A stretch of 64,000 nucleotides of DNA from Candidatus Anstonellales archaeon. GTDB taxonomy: Archaea > Micrarchaeota > Micrarchaeia > Anstonellales > J096. Under the pieces are notes generated by a model. The model was not told the DNA's origin. It did no database searches and saw only the letters and a program-made list of their open reading frames with translations. Positions 18,848-28,923 of the stretch are shown piece after piece (position 1 is the first letter of the stretch; every line of letters begins with the position of its first letter). The position numbers were made by a program, and so were the translations under genes. The stretch spans positions 22,436 to 86,435 of the forward strand of contig JAWAFD010000005.1 of assembly GCA_038890745.1 (NCBI GenBank), in the 5' to 3' direction.

Positions 18848-21747
18848 TCCTTTATTTTATATATTTTTACATTCTCATCCGGAGTAGTGTAAACAAGTTC
18901 AAACCCATCGAGCTCTTTCAGGAAAAATCCTTTGTATAGATTAGAATCATAAAACCTTCCTTTTCTATCCTTCCATCCATCCACAACCGTTCCGTTCTCA
19001 AGCCAAACCTTATCCTTTGTGTACACAAGGGTATAAACATCATACCCGCCAGATGAGGTTTTTCCATCATACAAAAGGAATGCCTTATTTAGGAGGAGCT
19101 CGCCTGCTTCATTTTTTCTATCTAAATAGTATGTTGCAGGTATCTCGTTCCCATTCGCGAGCGTGGTTGTGGAGAGGCAGTAGAAAGGCTTGAGAGAGCT
19201 CTGAATGCCTGATGGGGTTTCAACGGCACTGATTACATACGCGATCCTTCCTTTCTTTCCTGTAACGGGTGAAATGGTACATTCCTGATTTGAAACATAC
19301 ATCTGCTCCCAACTATTCTCAAATTCACACAAGCTTGAGCCAGGCCATTTTGAAACATCCGTAAGGTTTGCATGGGAGCACGCCAAATAATTCAATGCCC
19401 CGAATTTTCCTCCAAAATGTCCTCCTGTGAATATTAGTTCAGAATCGAAAAGGGCATACTCTGCACCATACTCTTTCATCGTCTCTTTTAGCGCAGGCTC
19501 GCTTTCCATTATGAATGCATACGCAACATGCGTAATCATATCGTGGTAGGCATGCTCATTTCTTATCACGGCATTCCTCAGGGCAAAAAAGTTCTCCCAA
19601 TGCCCATAATCCCACCAGCTTATTATTCTTGAACCCTCCGGAGTGTTGTGCCTAAGCCATTCCATAGAATCTATCCAGTATGGGGCAACCCTCTGGCATC
19701 TTATGGTCGCGGCAAGCTGCTCTGATGACGAAGGAGAGGTTGGGTTTGAGATAAGAGAGTATACGCACAATCCATAATCAAACTGGTAGTTTATTCCTTT
19801 GTTTGAGTATGCAATTGGGTCCTGGGCTGCTTCGCATGCTTGGGTTAACCCAAGGGAGCAGAGGTTTGCCATTTTTGATTGGAGTGCTAGGGGGTTGTCC
19901 TGAAATCTTACTTTATATGAATTGAATAGAAGCGGGCCTGTGTATGAAGCAGGGTCAAGGAAGCCCTCAAACAGAACAACAAAAAGCCCAAATGCAACGA
20001 GCCCATGGAAGATTTTTTTCTTAGAATTTTCATCCTTTGCAAAACCCGAGAGCATGTGCTCAAATTCTCCAAGTACTACTCCAAGAGACATGGCAAGAAA
20101 ATATCCCATGTAGATTGTGTATTTTGCTTTTATTATGCCAACAAGAGAGACAGGAAAAACTATTGCAAGGAAAAGAACGATTAGGCTGTCTTCACCCTTC
20201 ACAAATTTTCTATAAAGTGCGTATCCAGAAGCAACGAGAACTAGAAATATGAAAAACATAAGAAAGCTCACATCCTTATCCTCATACACAAGCGAGGATT
20301 CGAATATTGTGTTTGCAATCCCAACACCTATGTGATACATGGTATTAACGAACGAAGTAAATATGCTGAAAAATCCGTACAAAACATCCTGTTCTGAAAA
20401 TGTTTTCCCCAAAAATCCAAGAGAGCCGTAGAAGCTTCCTCCTGCAAGACCCTGCTCCTGGATTGTTCTGTGGAGAGGGAGTGTATACTGGGCGACTTGG
20501 AGGGAGTTTGAGGCAATGCTTTTGACAATATCGCCGAATGGAGTAAAAAAGAATGCTATCACAAGAACAGCCATAGCAATTCCTGCATAATTCATAATTT
20601 TTGATTTATCAAGGGAATAGGTTTTTTCAAAGTAGAGGAGAGCGGCCATAAACGCAACAACCCCGAAAAGGGCATAGCTCAGACTTCCGCCAAAATCAAA
20701 AACAAACCTTGCATTTGTATATGTTGAGTTAAGGGTTGAGGAAATGATAAGAGCAAGAAGGACAATTCCGTTTATGATAACTGGCACAAGGCTTTTCTCC
20801 CCTTTCATGAAAATATGGATAGCATGAATTGGGATGAAAATTAGGAGGGCTGAGAGAGCAACAACTATGGAGGAGGAACCAAAGTATATTGCAACAATAG
20901 CAAGGGCTGAGAGAATGGCAAACAGCAGGTCTCTGTTTTTTATCGCGAGCGCGTAGGACGCAAAAAAGAATGAAACCGAGAAGAATGCATATGGCTGGAT
21001 CTCAAACTCGCCTCCCATTGTTTTTATAACAAATATTGGGATAAAAGAAGCGAGGAACGCTGCAAGAAGGGAATATTCCCTTCTGTATTCTGATGATAGG
21101 AAGATGTAAAGAAAGAATACCGCAAGGGCTGCTGCTATGGGAGGGTAGATGCTGCAAACAGCAGAGAGAAGGTAATTATCTGCTTTTCCCCCCCATGTAT
21201 AGAATGAATACCACTCCGCCTCCAAAAATGAAAGGACTGGCTTTACCCTGTGATGGACCTCATGAGGCCACCATGCTGTTCCATCATTGAAAGGAGCATA
21301 CCCTTTTGTAAGATAGAGGTATGGCTCGTATGCATAATAGTAAGGGTCAAGCTCCTGATAGATCGGTCCATAGCTCTGCAACCTTATCCAGAATGCGAGG
21401 ATTACGAGTAGTATGATCCCTAGAAAAACCCATCTGTTTTCCATGGCTTCGTTTTTTATTCCGCTCAGTCCTTCAAACCCTTTTTTATAATAAAAAACTG
21501 CTATCGAGATCGCATAGAATATAAGGGTTGTGGTAAAGGCAAGGTTGAAAGAGTAGTTTATCCCGGCGAGCTGGGCAAGGAATATAATAAGTGGTGGGAG
21601 AATGATCCCAAGCGCAAAACCAAACCCTATTTTTTCTATTAAAAGAAGCTTTTTTTCCTTAAGAATGCCCAGGGCAAGCAGAACGCCTGGAATAAAGTTT
21701 GCCAGAAATACCCATAGCAAAAGATAGAACGGATTGAACGAAAACAT
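18844..21747 (-). CDS. aglB: Oligosaccharyltransferase STT3/AglB
   Basis: ELDPYY, TIQEQ and WWDYG motifs; many TM helices. Confidence 0.92.
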   Translation of the reverse strand: MFSFNPFYLLLWVFLANFIPGVLLALGILKEKKLLLIEKIGFGFALGIILPPLIIFLAQLAGINYSFNLAFTTTLIFYAISIAVFYYKKGFEGLSGIKNEAMENRWVFLGIILLVILAFWIRLQSYGPIYQELDPYYYAYEPYLYLTKGYAPFNDGTAWWPHEVHHRVKPVLSFLEAEWYSFYTWGGKADNYLLSAVCSIYPPIAAALAVFFLYIFLSSEYRREYSLLAAFLASFIPIFVIKTMGGEFEIQPYAFFSVSFFFASYALAIKNRDLLFAILSALAIVAIYFGSSSIVVALSALLIFIPIHAIHIFMKGEKSLVPVIINGIVLLALIISSTLNSTYTNARFVFDFGGSLSYALFGVVAFMAALLYFEKTYSLDKSKIMNYAGIAMAVLVIAFFFTPFGDIVKSIASNSLQVAQYTLPLHRTIQEQGLAGGSFYGSLGFLGKTFSEQDVLYGFFSIFTSFVNTMYHIGVGIANTIFESSLVYEDKDVSFLMFFIFLVLVASGYALYRKFVKGEDSLIVLFLAIVFPVSLVGIIKAKYTIYMGYFLAMSLGVVLGEFEHMLSGFAKDENSKKKIFHGLVAFGLFVVLFEGFLDPASYTGPLLFNSYKVRFQDNPLALQSKMANLCSLGLTQACEAAQDPIAYSNKGINYQFDYGLCVYSLISNPTSPSSSEQLAATIRCQRVAPYWIDSMEWLRHNTPEGSRIISWWDYGHWENFFALRNAVIRNEHAYHDMITHVAYAFIMESEPALKETMKEYGAEYALFDSELIFTGGHFGGKFGALNYLACSHANLTDVSKWPGSSLCEFENSWEQMYVSNQECTISPVTGKKGRIAYVISAVETPSGIQSSLKPFYCLSTTTLANGNEIPATYYLDRKNEAGELLLNKAFLLYDGKTSSGGYDVYTLVYTKDKVWLENGTVVDGWKDRKGRFYDSNLYKGFFLKELDGFELVYTTPDENVKIYKIKD

Positions 21748-21780
21748 GGGAGAAAACAGAACAAAAAAATATTTAAACCG

Positions 21781-22785
21781 CTATGATTGGGCGAGCAGGA
21801 GCGCATCCTCTCTCTCAGCAACTTCTGGTTGTGTTGCAAACATATACGGAGATTTCACTCCGCTAACTATCGCAGTCACAACAACACTATCCTCACTCAT
21901 GGATGGGTTTACCCGTGCGCCGAGCTTAACCTCTGCATCAGGAGAAAAACTAATGGTCATGAGCTCGCCTATCCGTATTGCCTCCCCAAGGGTAAGTTTT
22001 GGGCTTCCCTCAACATGCACAAGGGCTCCTTTTGCATCCTCATAATCCACCTCCAAAAGTGGATGGGTCAGGGTATTTTTCACGGCCTCTTCAATCTTAT
22101 TCGGACCTCTTCCCTCCCCCAAACTTATCATGGAAAGACCTTTCCTTGCCATAACTGCCTTAAAATCGGCAAAATCCATGTTTAGCATGGATGGGAGGAC
22201 TATAGAATCTGAAATTCCCTTCACCGCCCTTCCAACTATGCTGTCGGCAAGCTCAAACGCTTGATTGAGAGGAAGGTCTGGAAAATATTGGACTAGCCTG
22301 TTATTATCTATCACAACAACCGTATCACAAACCCCCATGAGTTTTTTTATACCCATCTGCGCTGTTTTTATCCTAGACCTTTCAAGCGCAAAAGGATAGG
22401 TGACCATTCCGATTACTATTGCTCCTTTTTCCTTTGCAACATCTGCAACTATGGGTGCAGCACCTGTTCCTGTTCCGCCGCCCATTCCCGCGCATATGAA
22501 AACAAGCTCGTTATCCCCTATTCTTTCAGAAATAAGCTTTCTGTCTTCCTCAGCGCATTTTTTTGCAACATCCGGCATCCCGCCTGCACCGAGGCCTTTT
22601 GTAATCTTTTTCCCAATAAGAATCTTCTCGTCAGCGTGAATGAATTTTAGATGTCTTGCATCAGTGTTTACTGCAATTGTTCGCGCGCTTTCTATTCCTG
22701 CTCTCTTCAACCTGCTGACCGCATTGCTTCCCGCTCCACCAACTCCGATCACTGCGATTCGCACATCTGCATTGTTCGCTGCCAT
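21781..22785 (-). CDS. ftsZ: Cell division protein FtsZ (downstream copy)
   Basis: GVGGAGSN, GMGGGTGTG, T7 loop NMDFAD. Start 22785 after GGTGA. Confidence 0.95.
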   Translation of the reverse strand: MAANNADVRIAVIGVGGAGSNAVSRLKRAGIESARTIAVNTDARHLKFIHADEKILIGKKITKGLGAGGMPDVAKKCAEEDRKLISERIGDNELVFICAGMGGGTGTGAAPIVADVAKEKGAIVIGMVTYPFALERSRIKTAQMGIKKLMGVCDTVVVIDNNRLVQYFPDLPLNQAFELADSIVGRAVKGISDSIVLPSMLNMDFADFKAVMARKGLSMISLGEGRGPNKIEEAVKNTLTHPLLEVDYEDAKGALVHVEGSPKLTLGEAIRIGELMTISFSPDAEVKLGARVNPSMSEDSVVVTAIVSGVKSPYMFATQPEVAEREDALLLAQS

Positions 22786-22829
22786 CGGGATCACCGGTCG
22801 CAAAAACAAAAAATAAAAAAGAAAAAAAG

Positions 22830-23903
22830 TTAGAGGAGGTCAAGGTCGCCTGAGTAGGCTGGTGCTGGAAGCGCCTCTTCCTGTGGGAACTGCCCAAGGA
22901 TGCTTGCGCCCCTTACGCCAGTAACTATCGCAACGATCTCAAGCTTCCCCTCATAGTTGTTCATTATCCTTGCTCCCCATTTTACATTTGCCTCCGCGTC
23001 CATCTGCTCTGTGATAATCTCTCCTGCTTTTATGGCATCGCCGAGAGTTAGGTCGCTCCCTCCTGAGATGTGGATGAGCGCGCCCTTCGCTCCCTCAAAA
23101 CTTACATCAAGAAGCCTGTTCTTCAAAACGCTTTCTGCAGCAGATTTTACCCTGTCTGCTCCTTTTCCTTCTCCAACAGCAATGAAACCTACTCCTCCTC
23201 CTTTCATGATCGCCCGTACATCTGCAAAATCTATGTTTATGAGGGATGGCTGGGTGATCGTCCACACCAAACCTGAGATCGCACGCGCCAAGATTTCATC
23301 CGCAACCGCAAAAGCCTCTGTCATCGGAAGGTTTGGGACAAGTTGAACAAGCCTGTTGTTATCCAAAATTATTACAGAATCGCAGTGCTCCCTAAGTTTT
23401 TTTATGCTCTCATCAGCTTTCTTTCTTCTCGCCCTTTCAAGAGCGAATGGGTACGTAACCATGGCAACTGTAATCGCACCCTGCTCCTTTGCTACCTCAG
23501 CAACTGTCGGTGCTGCTCCGCCACCCGTTCCTCCACCCATTCCTGCGCATATGAAAACCAGATGCGCACCTTCAAGCTCCTTTTCTATCAGATGCCTGTC
23601 CACTTCAGCCGCTTTTTCACCGATATCGGGATATCCACCTGCACCAAGTCCTTTTGTAATGCTCTTTCCAATCAACACCTTTTTCGCCCTTTCATGCACA
23701 ATGTTTAGGTGCTGCTGGTCTGTGTTTATTGCCACAAGGTCTGTTCCCTTTACCCCTGCCTTCACCAATCTGTTTATGGTATTGTTTCCGGCTCCTCCGA
23801 CCCCGCAGGTAACGATCTTTATGTGCTCGTTACCCAAGTCTTCCTCCTCCTTTGCCTCTGTTTTTGAAGAGGCGTTCAAGACATCTTTTATCAAACTATC
23901 CAT
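22830..23903 (-). CDS. ftsZ: Cell division protein FtsZ (upstream copy)
   Basis: GVGGAGNN, GMGGGTGGG, NIDFADV. Start 23903 after GAGGTGA. Confidence 0.95.
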   Translation of the reverse strand: MDSLIKDVLNASSKTEAKEEEDLGNEHIKIVTCGVGGAGNNTINRLVKAGVKGTDLVAINTDQQHLNIVHERAKKVLIGKSITKGLGAGGYPDIGEKAAEVDRHLIEKELEGAHLVFICAGMGGGTGGGAAPTVAEVAKEQGAITVAMVTYPFALERARRKKADESIKKLREHCDSVIILDNNRLVQLVPNLPMTEAFAVADEILARAISGLVWTITQPSLINIDFADVRAIMKGGGVGFIAVGEGKGADRVKSAAESVLKNRLLDVSFEGAKGALIHISGGSDLTLGDAIKAGEIITEQMDAEANVKWGARIMNNYEGKLEIVAIVTGVRGASILGQFPQEEALPAPAYSGDLDLL

Positions 23904-24065
23904 CCTGGTCACCTCGCAGAGGTCTTAAAACATATATTTATATAGTTTATTTTTTTCGTCGAAGAATAGAATACACATTTTTCAACCAAAACTATCCACT
24001 TCCACTAATCCAAGACGAAAAATATTTAAATGTATTTATTGAATGCATTTATTGAGGCGATCAGG

Positions 24066-24296
24066 ATGGTGCGGGTAATCACTATTAGGGATGATGTGTA
24101 CGCAAAGCTGAATAAGCTGAAAAAATCAAAGGGAATGAGTTTCTCTGAAGCAATAGACTACCTTGTTTCTGTTTCGCAGGAGAAGAGGACAGATTCAAGC
24201 ATAATGGAGTTTGCCGGTGTTCTTGGGCCTAAGGATGTTGATGAGAGGGAGTTTATTACACTGAAGAGGTGGCTGGATGGCAAAAATCTGCCTTGA
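24066..24296 (+). CDS. vapB: VapB-type antitoxin
   Basis: VITIRDDVYAKLNKLK..MSFSEAI pattern; overlaps the PIN gene. Confidence 0.85.
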   Translation: MVRVITIRDDVYAKLNKLKKSKGMSFSEAIDYLVSVSQEKRTDSSIMEFAGVLGPKDVDEREFITLKRWLDGKNLP

Positions 24297-24648
24297 TTCT
24301 GACATAATCCTAGATTTTTTGGAGGGAAGGAAGGCAACAATAGAGAAATTAAAACATTACATTGAAAAGGAGGAGATAGTCACAACAAGCGTTGTGATGT
24401 TTGAGGTTCTCTCTAGCGTAAAATCAATTGCGCCTGTGCTCAGGTTTATGGAGCAGCTGGATATTTTGGTTTTTGATAAGCAGAGCGCTGAGCTTGCATC
24501 AAAATTATACAGGGATGGAATGAAAGAAGGGATAAGGATACCTTCGCGTGCGATAATAAACGCGGCTATATGTATGAGGAACGATGCCTTTCTTCTTACA
24601 AAAAACAGGAATGAATATGAAGGGATAAAGGGGCTGAAGGTTGTTTAA
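24277..24648 (+). CDS. vapC: VapC PIN-domain toxin
   Basis: ICLDSDIILD, VMFE, LLTKN PIN motifs; some acidic residues appear substituted. Confidence 0.85.
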   Translation: MAKICLDSDIILDFLEGRKATIEKLKHYIEKEEIVTTSVVMFEVLSSVKSIAPVLRFMEQLDILVFDKQSAELASKLYRDGMKEGIRIPSRAIINAAICMRNDAFLLTKNRNEYEGIKGLKVV

Positions 24649-24651
24649 AAA

Positions 24652-26373
24652 CTATTTTCTCCTCTGAATCCCGAACATCTCCTCTATCTCCCTTGTTGTC
24701 GTAGCCTCATCTGGCGCTTTATCATTTCTCAACCTTACCATCCTAGGAAATCTAAGCGCATACCCTTTCTCTCCATGCAAACCTGCTGTGTGGAGAGGGC
24801 TTTCTGTTATTTCATCAAAGGCAACCTCTATCACATATTTTGGCTCTACCCAGAAATCAGGCTTTATTCTGTAAACCAAATCCTCGGGTGGCTCTTTTGT
24901 TTTTATCTCGCTCAGCAACTCTTTCAGCATCCTCATCTCCTCCTCAGTATATCCGGAGCCGATCTTTGCAATTGTTTCGAGCTTCCCGCTGTCCTCATTC
25001 CTAACCGCAACAAGAAGTCCTCCAAACTCAAACTCTGCCCTCGCTCCTTTTCCCAAATAATACCCAACGATCACCGCATCCACAGTATCCACTGCCTTCC
25101 CATAGCTCTTTTTCAACTTTATCCATGCAAACTTTCTTTTTCCGGCTGTGTATGGCGCGTTAAGGTCTTTTGCAACTATCCCCTCTAATCCCTTATTTAT
25201 AGAATCGTTGAAAAATTCTTCCAGTTTTTTTGGGTTGTCTGTTTCTATGCTCTCAGCAACTTCAAGGATTCCTGATGGGAAAACCTTTTTGAGCGCATTC
25301 CTCCTTTCTTTATACGGCTTTGTTGTGTAATCCTCCCCGTTAAGATAAAGAAGGTCAAAAACAAAAACATACAGCGGAAATTCTACGCTCGCCTTCTCTA
25401 TTCCGTATTTTCTCCTCCTGTGCATAGTTTCCTGAAAAGAATAAAACCTGTTTTTCTTTTTGTTGAAAGCAAGCGCCTCTCCCTCAAAAATTATTTCATT
25501 TGTTTTTAATTTTTTTATTGCGTTAACAACATCCGGAAACATCGGTGTCATCACATCTAATCTTCGCGAGTATATCTGCACATTTATACCCTTTTTATGA
25601 CATTGCATCCTAAACCCATCGTATTTTCTTTCCACCGCGCACCTTCCAATCTTTTTTATTATCTCCTCAGCTGATGCAAGCCTTTCTGCAAGGGCGGGCA
25701 TAAGGGGTTTGAATGGCTGGATCTTGAACTTTGATATTTTTTTGTAATCCTCCATCGCTGTTCTCACAACATATCCCAGATCAGAGCAAAGGTTGTACGC
25801 TCGCTCTATCTCCTCCCTTTTTTCCTTTGTTCCAAACAAAGCAACACTCAGCCCATCCAAAATGGTTGGGTCCCCCACCCCCAATCTTAATCTTCCCAAA
25901 ACTATTCTTATGATATATTTTGCCTCTACTGGTTTTGAGTTGTTCAAAAGCTCCACAAGCATCTTTATTTTTGCTTCCTGACTTCCTGCACCGGATGCCT
26001 TCGCGATCTTAACGAGGATATCGTACACATACAAAACGCTGAGCTGTTTTGCAAAAAGAGACATCTGCTTTTTTGCTTTCAGGAGTTCTTCAGCAACCCT
26101 CCCCAAATCCCCTATCTCCTTGTATTTCTTTTCCACAACATTTTTAGGGTAGCCTGTGGATTGGGAGATTGCCTCTATTGCAAACCTCTCCCCAAGCCCT
26201 AAGTTCAGCCCCATGTAAGGTGGAGCCAACTGCCCTTGAAGGAGGTAGGAAATTTTCTCAGCTTCTTCTGGGTTTGTTTTTTTGAACATACCGGCGAGAA
26301 GGTCTGTCATCTCAAGCCTTCCGCTTTTTCCTTCTATCTCCTCAAATATTTTTGCCAGCTCGGCAAAGTTCAT
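24652..26373 (-). CDS. lig: ATP-dependent DNA ligase
   Basis: ERKYDGFR, EGIVAK, WIKLK, ALRFPR motifs. Confidence 0.97.
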   Translation of the reverse strand: MNFAELAKIFEEIEGKSGRLEMTDLLAGMFKKTNPEEAEKISYLLQGQLAPPYMGLNLGLGERFAIEAISQSTGYPKNVVEKKYKEIGDLGRVAEELLKAKKQMSLFAKQLSVLYVYDILVKIAKASGAGSQEAKIKMLVELLNNSKPVEAKYIIRIVLGRLRLGVGDPTILDGLSVALFGTKEKREEIERAYNLCSDLGYVVRTAMEDYKKISKFKIQPFKPLMPALAERLASAEEIIKKIGRCAVERKYDGFRMQCHKKGINVQIYSRRLDVMTPMFPDVVNAIKKLKTNEIIFEGEALAFNKKKNRFYSFQETMHRRRKYGIEKASVEFPLYVFVFDLLYLNGEDYTTKPYKERRNALKKVFPSGILEVAESIETDNPKKLEEFFNDSINKGLEGIVAKDLNAPYTAGKRKFAWIKLKKSYGKAVDTVDAVIVGYYLGKGARAEFEFGGLLVAVRNEDSGKLETIAKIGSGYTEEEMRMLKELLSEIKTKEPPEDLVYRIKPDFWVEPKYVIEVAFDEITESPLHTAGLHGEKGYALRFPRMVRLRNDKAPDEATTTREIEEMFGIQRRK

Positions 26374-26432
26374 GGAGAGGTTTGAGGGATTGCATATTTA
26401 AACATTTTTGTTAATAATAATTGGGGGTAAGT

Positions 26433-27011
26433 ATGGCCAAAACAAGTACTGCCAGGATGATAAGGAATCTGATGGAGAAAAAGAACGGGTACGAGCTTTT
26501 TGTGGCTCTTGAGAAGAGACTCAATCTCCGTGAGATGAGATTTAATTCCAAAAAACTTGATCCTGATGGAATCGGGGCTTTAGCAGATGCGTATGAAAAA
26601 GTCTTGAATAAACCAAAAGCAACGCTGCTAAGGGATTTTATAGACTACCTTTCTGTAAGGGCAGAGAATGGAATGGGGATAGCAAAACATAATCTAGACT
26701 GCGATATGTTTTGCGAGTTTTTGGAAAGTTATATTATCGCGAATGATACTGAAAGAATAGAATTGCTCCAGGATGTTTATAAGGATGGTGGGCCGTTTAA
26801 AGATGCAATAGATGCGTATTATAAAAAAGCGGCAGCAGATGACCAAACCCCATTACTTGATTATGTGTATGAAAGGGCAGTTATCACAAAAGACCCTGAA
26901 CTGCTGAGATTAGCATACCAATTACATAAAGAGGCATCAGAGTACGATGGGTGGGATAAGAATGTAAGAATGCTTCTGCTTGGGGCGATGCTTTCTGAGG
27001 TGGGGGAATAA
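26433..27011 (+). CDS. Hypothetical protein
   Basis: ORF fills the intergenic space with a TATA-like site upstream; no recognisable motif. Confidence 0.6.
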   Translation: MAKTSTARMIRNLMEKKNGYELFVALEKRLNLREMRFNSKKLDPDGIGALADAYEKVLNKPKATLLRDFIDYLSVRAENGMGIAKHNLDCDMFCEFLESYIIANDTERIELLQDVYKDGGPFKDAIDAYYKKAAADDQTPLLDYVYERAVITKDPELLRLAYQLHKEASEYDGWDKNVRMLLLGAMLSEVGE

Positions 27012-27041
27012 CTTTTTATTCTTTTTTAAAGAGTTTATTCC

Positions 27042-27959
27042 ATGCAGGCGAAAACAAAGAAAACCATTTCTGATATAAAGGCACTAAAAATACAGGGGGC
27101 AAGGAATGTTGCAAAAGCAGCGCTTAATGCTTTAATATACGAGATTGAAAACTCAAAAGAAAAAAGCTCAAATGAATTTGTGAGGAAAATTTCAAAAACA
27201 ATAGAAGTGCTAAGCAAGGCAAGGCCAACAGAGCCGATGCTTAGGAATGTTATGGGAAGGGCGCAGAACTATATTGTGAAAAACAGGAGGAAGGACGCTG
27301 CGCTTTTGAAAAACGGCGCGGTTTCTGAATGCAGAAAAATTTTAAAATACATGGATGAAAGCGTGGAGAAGATTAAAGAGTACGGGGCAAAATACCTTCC
27401 TGAAAAAGCAACGGTACTCGTTCACTGCCACTCCTCCACCGTAACTGGAATAATAAAAAGAGCGGTGAAGATGGGAAAAGAAATAGATGTTATTGCATGC
27501 GAAACAAGGCCAAGGTATCAGGGCAGGATTACTGCAAAGGAGCTCGCAGAGGAAGGAATAAAGGTAACCTTTATCGTAGATGGGGCGATGAATGTTTTTG
27601 CTAGAAAGGCTGATCTGGCTCTTGTTGGTGCGGACGCAATAACCGCTGCCGGTGATCTGGTGAATAAGATAGGAACATCAACCCTCGCGCGCATAATCCG
27701 GACTCATGACAAAAGCTTTTTTTCTGCTGCTGAAACACTAAAATATGACCCAATGACCCAGTATGGGGCAAGGGAGGAGATAGAAGAAAGGGACCCTGAT
27801 GAAGTGTGGGATATAAGGATGAAAAACCTGAAAATAAGAAATCCTGCGTTTGATGTCACAGCCGCAAAATACATAAATGCGTACATAACAGAGAAAGGGA
27901 TAATCCCGCCGCAGTCTCTTATCAGCGTGCTCGAAAAGGAAAGAGAAGAAAAAGTTTAA
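27042..27959 (+). CDS. Ribose-1,5-bisphosphate isomerase / eIF-2B-like family protein
   Basis: KIQGA, ARPTEPML, VHCHSSTV, ETRPRYQG, VGADAI..VNKIGT, NPAFDVT motifs. Confidence 0.88.
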   Translation: MQAKTKKTISDIKALKIQGARNVAKAALNALIYEIENSKEKSSNEFVRKISKTIEVLSKARPTEPMLRNVMGRAQNYIVKNRRKDAALLKNGAVSECRKILKYMDESVEKIKEYGAKYLPEKATVLVHCHSSTVTGIIKRAVKMGKEIDVIACETRPRYQGRITAKELAEEGIKVTFIVDGAMNVFARKADLALVGADAITAAGDLVNKIGTSTLARIIRTHDKSFFSAAETLKYDPMTQYGAREEIEERDPDEVWDIRMKNLKIRNPAFDVTAAKYINAYITEKGIIPPQSLISVLEKEREEKV

Positions 27960-27984
27960 AACCTAATTTATCAGTATTAAAACA

Positions 27985-28193
27985 GCGGTTGTGGTCTAGA
28001 GGTAGGACTCTGGCTTCCCAAGCCAGCGGCCCGGGTTCAAAACCAAACCCAGGGGGAAGTTTCCCCCTAGGTTCCAGGTCTCCTCCTTAACCCCATCACT
28101 TTTGCTCGTATAAGATAGGGGGGTAGAAGCGTGAGGGGGGAATAAGAATATGCTTAAGTCCCCCCTTGGCTGGTGGAAATCCCGGCAACCGCA
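27985..28193 (+). tRNA. tRNA-Gly(CCC) with 138-nt intron at position 59/60 (intron 28042-28179)
   Basis: Acceptor GCGGTTG/CAACCGC+A, anticodon arm CTGGC-TTCCCAA-GCCAG, T-stem CCGGG/CCCGG. BHB: TTCA/TGGA central helix, AAA and AAT bulges, CCA/TGG outer helix. Confidence 0.93.
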
Positions 28194-28218
28194 CTATAAA
28201 AAAATTTAAAAATACTTT

Positions 28219-28923
28219 GTGGTTAAATATTTTATGCGGTGGGGGATAAAACATTCATTTTCTGTTTTTGAGGATAGGCTTCCATATCTAAAAAGAGCTG
28301 AAATAAAAAGATACAGAGGAATTCTTCCGAAGTTTTCAGAAGAGTATGAAAGAAAATTTGGAAGGGAAAAATTGACAAGGATCGCATTTCCGCTCATAGA
28401 GGAAGCAATCACAAAATACCCGCCAAAGAACTTTCAGAAAGGATATGTCGGCGAGAGTTTGGCCGCGGCAGTGGTCTCTCTATTTATGGATGAAAGCGAA
28501 CTCCTTATAAGAAATCTAAAATTTTTCTACGAGTTTGGATGCGGGGAAATAGACTTGGCGATATTCAACGGTCCTTTCTTGACCGCAATAGGTGAGGTAA
28601 AAACTGGTGTAAATGGAAAACACAAAAGAAACCTTTCGAAAGTAAGGCACATCCGCGAGGCCCTGGGCTTAAGCGTAGATAGAGAAGAGATAAGTATTCT
28701 AAGCAGAATCTCTTTATCAGTAGCAAACATAGAGGGAATGACTAAAATAAGTCCGGTTAGGATAGACCTGGGCCCGAACAAAATAGAAATATACATTATG
28801 TATATGGCAAAGCTTTTTTCAGTCGGCCCATGGGACGCATGCTCAGAGAGTAATCCAACCATCAAAATACCCATTCACTCATCTGGAATAGGAATCCTTG
28901 CGGATGAATTGAAAATGTTGTAA
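28219..28923 (+). CDS. Hypothetical protein with PD-(D/E)XK nuclease-like motif
   Basis: GYVGESLA...GEIDLAIF..AIGEVK pattern; start uncertain. Confidence 0.55.
   Translation: MVKYFMRWGIKHSFSVFEDRLPYLKRAEIKRYRGILPKFSEEYERKFGREKLTRIAFPLIEEAITKYPPKNFQKGYVGESLAAAVVSLFMDESELLIRNLKFFYEFGCGEIDLAIFNGPFLTAIGEVKTGVNGKHKRNLSKVRHIREALGLSVDREEISILSRISLSVANIEGMTKISPVRIDLGPNKIEIYIMYMAKLFSVGPWDACSESNPTIKIPIHSSGIGILADELKML

Noticed and set aside
23951..24023. Inverted repeat TTTTTCGTC...GACGAAAAA resembling a MITE
   Set aside because: Better explained as BRE-like elements of the divergent ftsZ and vapB promoters; no target duplication.
23987..24655. 8-bp AAAACTAT on both sides of vapBC
   Set aside because: Too short and AT-rich to separate from chance.
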